DNA of 60,666 bases, taken from NCBI GenBank assembly GCA_032718475.1, contig JAUCBJ010003198.1, positions 1-60,666 of the forward strand, given 5' to 3'. A model generated the notes under the pieces. The model saw only the letters and a program-made list of their open reading frames with translations. It was not told where the DNA came from and did not search any database. Each line of letters opens with the position of its first letter. Positions within the stretch are counted from its first letter, which is position 1. The stretch is from Nemertoderma westbladi (Eukaryota; Animalia; Xenacoelomorpha). Position numbers and translations under genes: made by a program. Shown piece after piece: positions 35,911 through 48,305 of the stretch.

Positions 35911-37254
35911 GCAGACACAATATACAGACACAAGTGCAGACACAATATACAGACACAAGTGCAGACACAATATACAGACAGAAGTGCAGACACAAGTGCA
36001 GACACAATATACAGACACAAGTGCAGACACAATATTCAGACACAAGTGCAGACACAATATACAGACACAAGAGCAGACACAATATACAGACACAAGTGCA
36101 GACACAATATACAGACACAAGTGCAGACACAATATACAGACACAAGAGCAGACACAATATATAGACACGAGTGCAGACACAATATACAGACACAAGTGCA
36201 GACACAATATACAGACACAAGTGCAGACACAATATACAGAAAAAAGTGCAGACACAATATACAGACACGAGTGCAGACACAATATACAGACACAAGTGCA
36301 GACACAATATACAGAAAAAAAGTGCAGACACAATATACAGACACAAGTGCAGACACAAGTGCAGACACAATATACAGACACAAGTGCAGATACAATATAC
36401 AGACACAAGTGCAGACACAATATTCAGACACAAGTGCAGACACAATATTCAGACACAAGAGCAGACACAATATACAGACACAAGTGCAGACACACTATAC
36501 AGACACAAGTGCAGACACAATATACAGACACAAGAGCAGACACAATATACAGACACGAGTGCAGACACAATATACAGACACAATATACAGACACAAGTGC
36601 AGACACAATATACAGACACAAGTGCAGACACAATATACAGACACAAGTGCAGACACAATATACAGACACAAGTGCAGACACAATATACAGACACAAGTGC
36701 ATACACAATATACAGACACAAGTGCAGACTCAATATACAGACACAAGTGCAGACACAATATACAGACACAAGTGCAGACACAATATACAGACACAAGTGC
36801 ATACACAATATACAGACACAAGTGCAGACACAATATACAGACACAAGAGCAGACACAATATACAGACACAAGTGCAGACACAATATACAGACACAAGTGC
36901 AGACACAATATACAGACACAAGAGCAGACACAATATACAGACACGAGTGCAGACACAATATACAGACACAAGTGCAGACACAATATACAGACACAAGTGC
37001 AGACACAATATACAGACACAAGTGCAGACACAATATACAGACACAAGTGCAGACACAATATACAGACACAAGTGCATACACAATATACAGACACAAGTGC
37101 AGACACAATATACAGACACAAGTACAGACACAACTGCAGACACGATATACAGAAACAAGTGCAGACACAATATACAGACACGAGTGCAGACACAAGTGCA
37201 GACACAATATACAGAAAAAAGTGCACACACAATATACAGACACAAGTGCAGACA
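35911..37254. repeat. 25-bp minisatellite (12+13-bp subunits), ~54 copies
   Basis: Unit GCAGACACAATATACAGACACAAGT. Confidence 0.97.
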
Positions 37255-37390
37255 TTGGTGCAGATCCTGCAGAGAGAAGTGCTGACACATGTGCTGACAT
37301 AGGTTCACTTTCATGATCTGCCCCTGTATCTGTGTGTTCACGTTTTTGACTCTATATTTTTTTGAAACGTTTTCATTAATTTTTTTCCAG

Positions 37391-37585
37391 GAATTGTCCC
37401 GAGTGGCCCGTACCCTGAGGGAGTCTGGTTCCACCACCGTCTCCATGGTTACCGAGCGAACATGTGAGGGTGATGTTACCTCGGGACGGTTGCGTAGGAA
37501 CACCCAAACTGAGCCAGACGAAGGGTCAGACAACTCATGTCAGTCCGAGTGGAAGGATAAAAACTCAGCCGAAGGGGCACCCAAG
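37391..37585 (+). CDS. Exon G of coiled-coil gene
   Basis: ttttttccag|GAA...AAG|gtcagt; ELSRVARTLRESG...AEGAPK, 195 bp, phase 0/0. Confidence 0.82.
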
Positions 37586-38817
37586 GTCAGTTGAATTCAG
37601 GGTTTCTTTTTTTAATTTGCTGGTGGCGCTGTCGGCGCCATCGACAACATTTTCAAGTCACTACTAATACTACCGCCGTACTACTACTGATTAACCAGTC
37701 CAGTAGTACCAGTAAGCTTACGATGTAAGCTTGCTAGTAATAAAACCGTCAGATATCAGTTTAATGTGATTGTAGCTGAAGAACTTGGGTTGGGTCTTTA
37801 TCTAAGATAATGTTTTATTAACAATTTGATTAAATTGTTTCTGGACTAAATAAAATGAACTGTCGTCCTTCACTATCAGGATAAAAAGTTTCTATTACGA
37901 TCGTAAAAGTTACGCCGACAACGACAAAAACCAAACTGCAACATGAGCTGATCACTCTCGTTATTGTTTCGAGTTCCCCTGTTACCCTGTAACCTGTACA
38001 TTTTTCCCTCAATTGCTAATTAACGTTAATTAGCATTAATAAAGGTTGTTGTCTGTGTCGTGATAGCGTCACATTCCTGAACATTTTATAACAGACGCTA
38101 ATACTATATATCCGTTTTAATACCATAGTTTGTGGGTTAGCAATGGTAAGCATCTTATATGTGTAACTTTATATTGGGTTATTCGAAGCCTAAAATTATT
38201 ATTTATTATTTTGGATTTTCAATTCTAAGTTATTAATATTATTTAATGAGTTTTTTTTATGATTTATATAATTATGATATTTCACATATTTCTTTATAAA
38301 TAATGATTTTTTTCCCGTAGCTGCAGATTATTTTTAACAATTATTAGTAACGCTACTCTTATTTTTTATATTCCTGTGTCATTAATTAGCGGCTCTGTTT
38401 AGAACGATCTGCTTCTGTGATGATATCATCTATAATGTCTTTCTTTACATAATTAATTATAATGATGAAATCATTTCGCCCCTATCTGAGAAGCGTATTT
38501 ACTAAAATGGAACGTTAAGGGAACGTAGGAAAAAATTTATTTGTCTTTCATGCAATACGTAATTTTTCTATACAAAGTTGCCTTTTCATCTTCCATTCCT
38601 CGCCATCTGAATGTGACGTCATCATAATATGTCAAAATAATTAGTGAATGCGAATGGGGAGGGGGTAGGCTTTGGAGAAAAATACTCTCCAGCAGTTTTA
38701 GCCAGATGATGACCTTGGGTGGGGGGTTGAGTCATTTGTGGATGACCACGGTTGGTGGTTGCTGATTGTGATTACATATGGTAACGGTAAGGTGTGCAAT
38801 GTTAGCGTATAAGCTCA

Positions 38818-39047
38818 TTAGGTCCTTTGTGCGTTAGGTCCTTCGTCGTTAAGTCCTTTGTGCGTTAGGTCCTTCGTCGTTAAGTCCTTTGTGCGTTCGG
38901 TCCTTCGTCGTTAGGTCCTTTGTGCGTTAGGTCCTTTGTGCGTTAGGTCCTTTGTGCGTTAGGTCCTTTGTGCGTTATGTCCTTTGTGCGTTAGGTCCTT
39001 TGTGCGTTAGGTCCTTTGTGCGTTAGGTCCTTTGTGCGTTAGGTCCT
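38818..39047. repeat. 16-bp minisatellite, ~14 copies
   Basis: Unit TTAGGTCCTTTGTGCG, with a ttcgtcg variant. Confidence 0.93.
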
Positions 39048-39959
39048 ACATTTCTTAAGTCTGGAATTATCTACCCGCACGGTACGGTACCGCAAATAAC
39101 AGAAAAAAAATAAAACTGTAACTTATTCTGCTGACTTTGTATTTTGCTTAGTGTGGTGACGTCGCGGCAACGACACTGTGTGATATTGATCGCAAACGGT
39201 GACGGTGGGTTTGGTGTCGATGAAAATATATGAGTTTATTGTTAATTTTCGCATATTGCTACGGAAACTAGGTAAAATTATACTCTTTTCTTAGAAATTG
39301 CTCTGATACGGGATTCTAGAAAATATATGTTGCAGTATATTCATATAATTTTATGTATTATCCTATGGTACAGCAATATAACTTGCTACGGTTTCTTTCT
39401 ATAATGTACTGTAGCTATATATTTCACATTTAGCAAAATGACCATCTCAATAAGATTCACAGATTGGCACTTTAAATTCTACTCTAACTGAATTTAATTT
39501 TACTGGGGGGGGGGGGGGGGGGGGGGGGTACTAGTGTAACTAAACTAACCCGTGTCACCATAATTCTGCCTTTGTATAGCTGTTTTGGCTAGTGATTTAT
39601 GTTCTGGTACATATTTCCGACTCGTCACATGTTTAATTTTTGTGGTAGCTAGTGTTTTCAATGGTAGTTAATCTATTCATAAAAATGGTACAGCAGCTAG
39701 TGTTTATAAAAATATTAGTATTCATATTATTATTACGAAGATCCATAGTAAATTTGGTTTATCTTTATTTATTGATCAGTGAAAAGAGCCTAGTATTGAA
39801 GAAAGTAAAATAACGTTATTTCTGCAACAATTTATTAAATAAGATAATTAAAAAAATACAGTAGTTGCACAGATTCGGTCGTATCGTCCTTACCTTATGT
39901 TAGAGGCAATGAAAAAAGACAAGGCGACCTCCTTGTAACAAGAAGGAAAAATAGAAAAG

Positions 39960-40200
39960 GTCTCACGACTCATTTCCAGTATAGACCCCTCAGAACTATA
40001 TTCCTTACAGGCAATGAGATAACTGGTACTCATTTAACGACCATTTAAGTAACAAAGCAAATATGCGAGCGCCCTGGTTTGGTTAGTCCCTTAGCATTTG
40101 TGCCAAAACGAAAACTATCCTGGCCCGCCTGCAGGAGAACAACCCCACGACCTCTGGAGCGATATTAATTCAAGGAAATTGATTTAAATACTACGCAAGG
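39960..40200 (-). mobile_element. Older copy of the SINE at 35060-35300
   Basis: Shares blocks ccagt...cagaact, gtactcattta, gcgccctgg and gtgcc.aaacgaaaact..cctggccc in the same order. Confidence 0.6.
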
Positions 40201-40301
40201 CTTGAACAAATTGAATACGCGTATTGTATTAGAAACGATCCTTAAAAATACAAAGTATGCTGCCATGTTGTTCGTTCAATATGCTCAAATTAACAATAAA
40301 C

Positions 40302-40537
40302 ACAATATTGCAATGTTCTAGAGTTAATATACGGAAATAAAAACCTGAAGCGAATAAAACTGTAATAATCAGTTCTGCCTAATCCTTCAGCAAATTAACC
40401 TAATATAATAACCTCGGCCTGCGGCCTCGGTAATGATACAGGTTAATTTGCTTCTGGAACGGCATCAGTGATTATTCAGTTTTATTCGCTTCAGGTTATT
40501 ATTCCCGTATATTAACTTTAGAACATTGCAATATTGT
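40302..40537. mobile_element. Foldback / MITE-like palindromic element
   Basis: ~100-bp imperfect inverted arms (ACAATATTGCAATGTTCTA...AACCTGAAGCGAATAAAACTG...GCAAATTAACCT) around a central CCTCGGCCTGCGGCCTCGG. Confidence 0.75.
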
Positions 40538-40606
40538 ATGTTTATAGTTCAATTATATTTCATTAATAGCGGTAGCTCAGAATGATGGACTAAAAAGGTC
40601 TCGGGA

Positions 40607-43600
40607 ATTCTTACCCGCGAGTATTCTTAGCCCGCGAGTATTCTTAGCCCGCGAGTATTCTTAGCCCGCGAGTATTCTTAGCCCGCGAGTATTCCTAGCC
40701 CGCGAGTATTCTTAGCCCGCGAGTATTCTTAGCACGCGAGTATTCTTAACCCGCGTGTATTCTTAGCCCGCGAGTATTCTTAGCCCGTGAGTATTCTTAG
40801 CCCGCGAGTATTCTTAGCACGCGAGTATTCTTAACCCGCGTGTATTCTTAGCCCGCGAGTATTCTTAGCCCGCGAGTATTCTTAGCCCGCGAGTATTCCT
40901 AGCCCGCGAGTATTCTTAGCCCGCGAGTATTCTTAGCACGCGAGTATTCTTAACCCGCGTGTATTCTTAGCCCGCGAGTATTCTTAGCCCGTGAGTATTC
41001 TTAGCCCGCGAGTATTCTTAGCACGCGAGTATTCTTAACCCGCGTGTATTCTTAGCCCGCGCGTATTCTTAGCCCGCGAGTATTTCTAGCCCGCGAGTAT
41101 TCTTAACCCGCGTGTATTCTTAGCCCGCGAGTATTCTTAGCCCGCGAGTATTCTTAGCCCGCGAGTATTCTAAGCCCGCGATTATTCCTAGCCCGCGAGT
41201 ATTCTTAGCCCGCGAGTATTCTCAGCCCGCGAGTATTCTTAGCCCGCGAGTATTCTTAGCCCGCGAGTATTCTTAGCCCGCGAATATTCTTAGCCCGCGA
41301 GTATTCCTAGCCCGTGAGTATTCTTAGCCCGCGATTATTCCTAGCCCGCGAGTATTCTTAGCACGCGAGTATTCTTAACCCGCGAGTATTCATAGCCCGC
41401 GAGTATTCTTAGCCCGCGAATATTCTTAGCCCGCGAGTATTCTTAGCCCGCGAATATTCATAGCCCGCGAGTATTCTTAGCCCGCGAGTATTCTAAGCCC
41501 GCGATTATTCCTAGCCCGCAAGTATTCTTAGCCCGCGAGTATTCTCAGCCCGCGAGTATTCTTAGCCCGCGAGTATTCTTAGCCCGCGAGTATTCTTAGC
41601 CCGCGAATATTCTTAGCCCGCGAGTATTCTTAGCCCGCGAATATTCTTAACCCGCTAGTATTCTTAACCCGCGTGTATTCTTAGCCCGCGAGTATTCTTT
41701 GCCCGCGAGTATTCTTAACCCGCGAGTATTCTTAGCCCACGAGTATTCTTAGCCCGCGAGTATTCTTAGCCCACGAGTATTCTTAGCCCGCGAGTATTCT
41801 TAGCCCGCGAGTATTCTTAACCCGCGAGTATTCTTAGCCCACGAGTATTCTTAGCCCGCGAGTATTCTTAGCCCACGAGTATTCTTAGCCCGCGAGTATT
41901 CTTAGCCCCGAGTATTCTTAACCCGCGAGTATTCTTAGCCCGCGAGTATTCTTAGCACGCGAGTATTCTCAGCCCGCGAGTATTCTTAACCCGCGAGTAT
42001 TCTTAGCCCGCGAGTATTCTTAGCCCGCGAATATTCTTAGTCCGCGAGTATTCTTAGCCCGCCAGTATTCTTAGCCCGCGAGTATTCTTAACCCGCGAGT
42101 ATTCTTAGCCCGCGAGTATTCTTAGCCCGCGAGTATTCTTAGCCCGCGAATATTCTTACGCGAGTATTCTTTGCCCGCGAGTATTCTTAACTCGCGAGTA
42201 TTCTTAGCCCACGAGTATTCTTAGCCCGTGGGTATTCATAGCCCGCGTGAATTCTTAGCCCGCGAGTATTCTTAGCCCGCGAGTATTCTCAGCCCGCGAG
42301 TATTCTTAGCCCGCGAGTATTCCTAGCCCGCGAGTATTCTTAGCCCGCGAGTATTCTTAGCCCGCGAGTATTCTCAGCCCGCGAGTATTTCTAGCCCGCG
42401 AGTATTCTTAGCCCGCGAGTATTCTCAGCCCGCGAGTATTCTTAGCCCGCGAGTATTCTTAGCCCGCGAATATTCTTAGTCCGCGAGTATTCTTAGCCCG
42501 CGAGTATTCTTAGCCCGCGAGTATTCTTAGCCCGCGAGTATTCTCAGCCCGCGAGTATTCTTAGCCCGCGAGTATTCTTAGCCCGCGAGTATTCTTAGCC
42601 CGCGAATATTCTTAGCCCGCGAGTATTTCTAGCCCGCGAGTATTCTTAGCCCGCGAGTATTCTCAGCCCGCGAGTATTCTTAGCCCGCGAGTATTCTTAG
42701 CCCGCGAGTATTCTTAGCCCGCGAGTATTCTCAGCCCGCGAGTATTCTTAGCCCGCGAGTATTCTTAGCCCGCGAGTATTCTTAGCCCGCGAATATTCTT
42801 AGCCCGCGAGTATTTCTAGCCCGCGAGTATTCTTAGCCCGCGAGTATTCTCAGCCCGCGAGTATTCTTAGCCCGCGAGTATTCTTAGCCCGCGAATATTC
42901 TTAGTCCGCGAGTATTCTTAGCCCGCCAGTATTCTTAGCCCGCGAGTATTCTTAACCCGCGAGTATTCTTAGCCCGCGAGTATTCTTAGCCCGCGAGTAT
43001 TCTTAGCCCGCGAATATTCTTACGCGAGTATTCTTTGCCCGCGAGTATTCTTAACTCGCGAATATTCTTAGCCCGCGAGTATTCTTACCCGCGAGTATTC
43101 TTAGCCCGCGAGTATTCTTAGCCCGGAGTATTCTTAGCCCGCGAGTATTCTTAGCCCGCGAGTATTCTTAGCCCGCGAGTATTCTTAGCCCGCGAGTATT
43201 CTAAGCCCGCGATTATTCCTAGCCCGCGAGTATTCGTAGCCCGCGAGTATTCGTAGCCCGCGAGGATTCTCAGCCCACGAGTATTCTTAGCCCGCGAGTA
43301 TTCTTAGCCCGCGAGTATTCTTAGCCCGCGAATATTCTTAGCCCGCGAGTATTCTTAGCCCGCGAATATTCTTAGCCCGCGAGTATTCTTTGCCCGCGAG
43401 TATTCTTAACCCGCGAGTATTCTTAGCCCACGAGTATTCTTAGCCCGCTAGTATTCTTAGCCCACGAGTATTCTTAGCCCGCGAGTATTCTTAGCCCGCG
43501 AGTATTCTTAGCACGCGAGTATTCTCAGCCCGCGAGTATTCTTAACCCGCGAGTATTCTTAGCCCGCGAGTATTCTTAGCCCGCGAGTATTCTTAGCCCG

Positions 43601-45431
43601 CGAGTATTCTTAGCCCGCGAATATTCTTAGCCCGCGAGTATTCTTAGCCCGCGAATATTCTTAGCCCGCGAGTATTCTTTGCCCGCGAGTATTCTTAACC
43701 CGCGAGTATTCTTAGCCCACGAGTATTCTTAGCCCGCGAGTATTCTTAGCCCACGAGTATTCTTAGCCCGCGAGTATTCTTAGCCCGCGAGTATTCTTAG
43801 CACGCGAGTATTCTCAGCCCGCGAGTATTCTTAGCCCGCGAGTATTCTTAGCACGCGAGTATTCTCAGCCCGCGAGTATTCTTAACCCGCGAGTATTCTT
43901 AGCCCGCGAGTATTCTAAGCCCGCGATTATTCTTAGCCCGCGAGTATTCTTAGCCCGCGAGTATTCTTAGTCCGCGAGTATTCTTAGCCCGCGAGTATTC
44001 TTAGCCCGCGAGTATTCTTAGCCCGCGAGTATTCTTAGCCCGCGAGTATTCTTAGCACGCGAGTATTCTCAGCCCGCGAGTATTCTTAACCCGCGAGTAT
44101 TCTTAGCCCGCGAATATTCTTAGCCCGCGAATATTCTTAGCCCGCGAGTATTCTTAGCCCGCGAGTATTCTTAGCCCGCGAGTATTCTTAACCCGCGAGT
44201 ATTCTTAGCCCGCGAGTATTCTTAGCCCGCGAGTATTCCTAGCCCGCGAATATTCTTAGCCCGCGAGTATTCTTTGCCCGCGAGTATTCTTAACGCGCGA
44301 GTATTCTTAGCCCACGAGTATTCTTAGCCCTTGGGTATTCTTAGCCCTCGTGAATTCTTAGCCCGCGAGTATTCTTAGCCCGCGAGTATTCTTAGCCCGC
44401 GAGTATTCTTAGCCCGCGAGTATTCTTAGCCCGCGAATATTCTTAGCCCGCGAGTATTCTTTGCCCGCGAGTATTCTTAACCCGCGAGTATTCTTAGCCC
44501 ACGAGTATTCTTAGCCCGCGAGTATTCTTAGCCCACGAGTATTCTTAGCCCGCGAGTATTCTTAGCCCGCGAATATTCTTAGCCCGCGAGTATTCTTTGC
44601 CCGCGAGTATTCTTAACGCGCGAGTATTCTTAGCCCACGAGTATTCTTAGCCCTTGGGTATTCTTAGCCCTCGTGAATTCTTAGCCCGCGAGTATTCTTA
44701 GCCCGCGAGTATTCTTAGCCCGCGAGTATTCTTAGTCCGCGAGTATTCTTAGCCCGCGAGTATTCTTAGCCCGCGAGTATTCTTAGCCCGCGAGTATTCT
44801 TAGCCCGCGAGTATTCTTAGCACGCGAGTATTCTCAGCCCGCGAGTATTCTTAACCCGCGAGTATTCTTAGCCCGCGAATATTCTTACCCCGCGAATATT
44901 CTTAGCCCGCGAGTATTCTTAGCCCGCGAGTATTCTTAGCCCGCGAGTATTCTTAACCCGCGAGTATTCTTAGCCCGCGAGTATTCTTAGCCCGCGAGTA
45001 TTCCTAGCCCGCGAATATTCTTAGCCCGCGAGTATTCTTTGCCCGCGAGTATTCTTAACGCGCGAGTATTCTTAGCCCACGAGTATTCTTAGCCCTTGGG
45101 TATTCTTAGCCCTCGTGAATTCTTAGCCCGCGAGTATTCTTAGCCCGCGAGTATTCTTAGCCCGCGAGTATTCTTAGCCCGCGACTATTCTTAGCCCGCG
45201 AGTATTCTTAGCCCGCGAGTATTCTTAGCCCGCTAGTATTCATAGCCCGCGAGTATTCTTAGCCCGCGAATATTCTTAGCCCGCGAGTATTCTTAGCCCG
45301 CGAATATTCTTAGCCCGCGAGTATTCTTAGCCCGCGAGTATTCTTAGCCCGCGAATATTCTTAGCCCGCGAGTATTCTTAACCCGCGAGTTTTCTTAGCC
45401 CGCGAGTATTCTTAGCCCGCGAGTATTCTTA
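40607..45431. repeat. 17-bp CpG-rich satellite, ~280 copies
   Basis: Unit TATTCTTAGCCCGCGAG; variant units recur in ordered blocks. Confidence 0.98.
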
Positions 45432-45809
45432 ATAAACGAGCCATTGAGTGCACGAATGACAGAGTATCACCAACTACCAATACATAAACACGACTTGCAA
45501 TAGGCTAAAAATAGAGCATAGACTGCGGCGAAGTGATAATTAATAGGCAGTAAGCGAAGGCGTGTGTAGGTAGATTGCATGGTATGTAATAATGGGCAGG
45601 ATATGGAAAGATGACGAAAAGCTATAATAGAGAGGCCGTATGGTAACGACAATAACTGTAACTGCAACCTGCTCCTTTCCCTCAAAGCGTAAAAGGACCT
45701 AACGCGGCAAGCACAATCCACAGTTAGTAATAGCACAGCGACATCACACTGCAGATCTTTAAAATACCTGAGTGTTTGAAACTCATTTATCCCATCATTT
45801 TCATAACTG

Positions 45810-46263
45810 TTTGTTGGGCACAGCTTTTGCAAAGTCGGCAATGACGTCCAGGTGGGATCGAACTGGTGACCTCCGGGTTGGAAGTCTAACCTTATAACTA
45901 TTCAGCTAACGGATCAGGTACTGCGGCCACTGTGCTCATCAATACCGCACTTGGCCGTCTATAACCATTGTGGCCGTAATGGTTCATGGTTAATATACAC
46001 TACCCTTTTATTGTTGCGAGTGGTTAAAGACGGCCAAGTACGGTAGGGTTGAGCACAGTGGCAGCATATGATGGTATTGGCAGATGGAAGGTTATGAGGA
46101 GGTAAATTGCGGACATACAAGGTATCAGATAGTATTTCCAGGTCTATCTTTTACCTGAGCCGCTTGCTGAATGGTTAGAGTGTCAGACTTCCAACCCGGA
46201 GGTCACCAGTTCGATCCCACCTGGAGGTCATTGCCGACTTTGCAAAAGCTGTGCCCAACAAAA
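45810..46263. mobile_element. Head-to-head pair of tRNA-derived SINE heads around an inner inverted repeat
   Basis: 45810-45920 is the near reverse complement of 46153-46263 (GCTGAATGGTTAGAG..GACTTCCAACCCGGAGGTCACCAGTTCGATCC). Inner arms ~45926-45967 and ~46020-46062. Confidence 0.75.
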
Positions 46264-46329
46264 AGTTATAATAATATGAAACCACTCATTAACCCATAAC
46301 ACCAATAATAAATCATTTTCATAGTAGAC

Positions 46330-47533
46330 ATGTACCGAACAACAAGAGTCCCACAAGAAATGAAAACAAATAAGTTGGTGCCAGTTCCCAAGAAGGGCAA
46401 CCGCACACTCCATGGTTCTTTTCGGGAAATGTCAATGATCTCGATTGCTGCAAAGCTATACAATATAATTATATTAAATCACATCAGGGATCCCATTGAG
46501 AGTCTGCTCTGTGGAAATCAGAATGGGTTCCGTAAAGGTCGTGGGTCCATGGAGCCCATTTTGGCACTTAGAAGGATAATTGAAATAGAAGGATAATTGA
46601 GGTATCAAAAAAGAAAGGCAGGCATCTGGATGTTATCTTTGTTGACTTCTTCAAGGCCTTTGATTCAGTCTCTCTCTCACGTAGGTTCAGCATACTTTTA
46701 TTATATGGGATTCCTGATGAAAAGAAGCAATCAGATCAGTATACGATGGTTCGACAACATTTGTGTCTACTGTTGACGGTGACACAGAACCATTCGAAAT
46801 GTTATTGGGGAATCCTCCAGGGAGACACACTTGCACCATTCTTGTTCATTATTGTGGTTGACTATGTTCTACGCATGTCCTTAGATCATCATAATGATGA
46901 TGTGGTGATGGTAACTCCTCCTACTGGCTCCAGAAGTCGAGGAAATCCTGCCAAGTACCTAACTGATCTTGACTTTGCTGATGACTTAGGAGTACTCTCA
47001 GAATCACTAGAGGGAGCCCAACGGCTCCTCAGCTCATTGGAACAGGCTGCTTCTAGTGTTGGTCTTTTTATTAACTCCAAAAAGACCAAACCAGTACTCC
47101 TCTATGGCAGTCCATGCTGGGCTCTAACTGCTGAGGATACCAAATCTCTGGATGGCACATTCAAAAGAATGCTACGCCGTGTTGACTGTGTCAATTACAA
47201 TGCACATATATCCAACCAGACACTATATAACATTGGTGGTGTCTCATTGGTTCCCCCAAGCTTGACACTAGAACAAAGCCACTTCCGCTTTGCAGGACAT
47301 TACTTTCGCCGTGAGGACCAGCCATTGCATAATCATGTTCTTTGGCAGTCTCATGGAGTGAATAAGCATGGTGGCAGACCATGACTTTCTTGAGACGCAT
47401 CTTAAAGGACACTGGCCTTGAAAATGCGGATGATCTAGCAAATGTCATGGGTGATAGGGAGTTGTGGCGGCGCAATTTTGTCGACAAGCGGGCTGAGCAT
47501 TCTTAGTATATATATGTAATATATATATAATGC
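46330..47533 (+). mobile_element. 5'-truncated RTE-type LINE, copy 2 (same family as 31434-32524)
   Basis: PVPKKG, QNGFRKGR, DFFKAFDS, GILQGDTLAPFLF and LDFADD motifs; highly similar to copy 1; ends gtagtagta. Confidence 0.9.
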
Positions 47534-47901
47534 AGCATGCCGATCGTAGTAGTACACTGTAGATAAAAATATATTTCAGCCATTTTTAGTCATAAAAGTA
47601 TTTTTTGTTTCCCATGGATATATGTGTATGTACTTGATTGTACTATGTATAAGAAAGATTTTCTTTCTTCATTCCTAATATAATACGCCAGTTATAAATT
47701 AGTTATAAGGCCATTTTCTTGAACAAAAGTTTAATGCGCCGATTTTAATCTCGGTAATCCAGAAATTACAAAAACCGGATTCAAATTTAACTGGAAATCA
47801 CATGGTGGATAAACTAAATAAATAATAAAGTTTTATTATTATGATAATATATTGATTTAAATATTTTCTGGACCTATGTAAATTTCTTCTTACACTCCCA
47901 G

Positions 47902-48262
47902 GTGGTGGTTACACCTAAAATTATAACAGACCCACCCCAACGGATGCAAATACCGACTCAGAGCGAGTTTGTGAATTCATCTAAAGGTCGACCCTCAACA
48001 AAGCCGACTGTGGCATCTAGCGGTAGAAAGCCACAACCTACAACCCAATCGCGCCCTAGACAGCCTGCAAATCCTCCGTTCTTCCAGTATCAGCCGCCCT
48101 TCGGTGGCTGTTTTCTGGGCACTCCCTTCTACCCCAACCCCTATGGCCCACCAGCTCCTCCCCCATATGCCCAGCCACCCTTCCCACCACATCCCTACCC
48201 CTCATTTCAGTCTACCAATCCATTTGAGCCTCTTTTCCAGGAGAATTTCGGTTCCAGACCTG
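47902..48262 (+). CDS. Exon H of coiled-coil gene (Pro/Gln/Tyr-rich, contains an NPF motif)
   Basis: cactcccag|GTG...CCTG|gtaagt; VVVTPKII...STNPFEPLFQENFGSRP. No stop codon, so the gene continues beyond the window. Confidence 0.82.
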
Positions 48263-48305
48263 GTAAGTATACATACATAGCGGTTGCTATAGTTACAAGC
48301 GACTC

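Noticed and set aside
25797-37533. Many Cys-, Pro- or Thr-rich repetitive ORFs (25.8-27.0, 28.2-30.0 and 35.8-37.5 kb)
   Set aside because: Multi-frame read-through of 26-, 21- and 25-bp minisatellites that lie within introns.
2886-39528. Poly-C/G tracts (2886, 12336, 30230, 30688, 39505) as functional G-quadruplex elements
   Set aside because: Simple homopolymers of unreliable length, with no further supporting evidence.
46160-46230. Functional tRNA-Gly gene
   Set aside because: The stems do not pair into a proper cloverleaf and shared sequence continues past the tRNA-like part in both copies, as expected for a SINE head. The same applies to 35230-35300.
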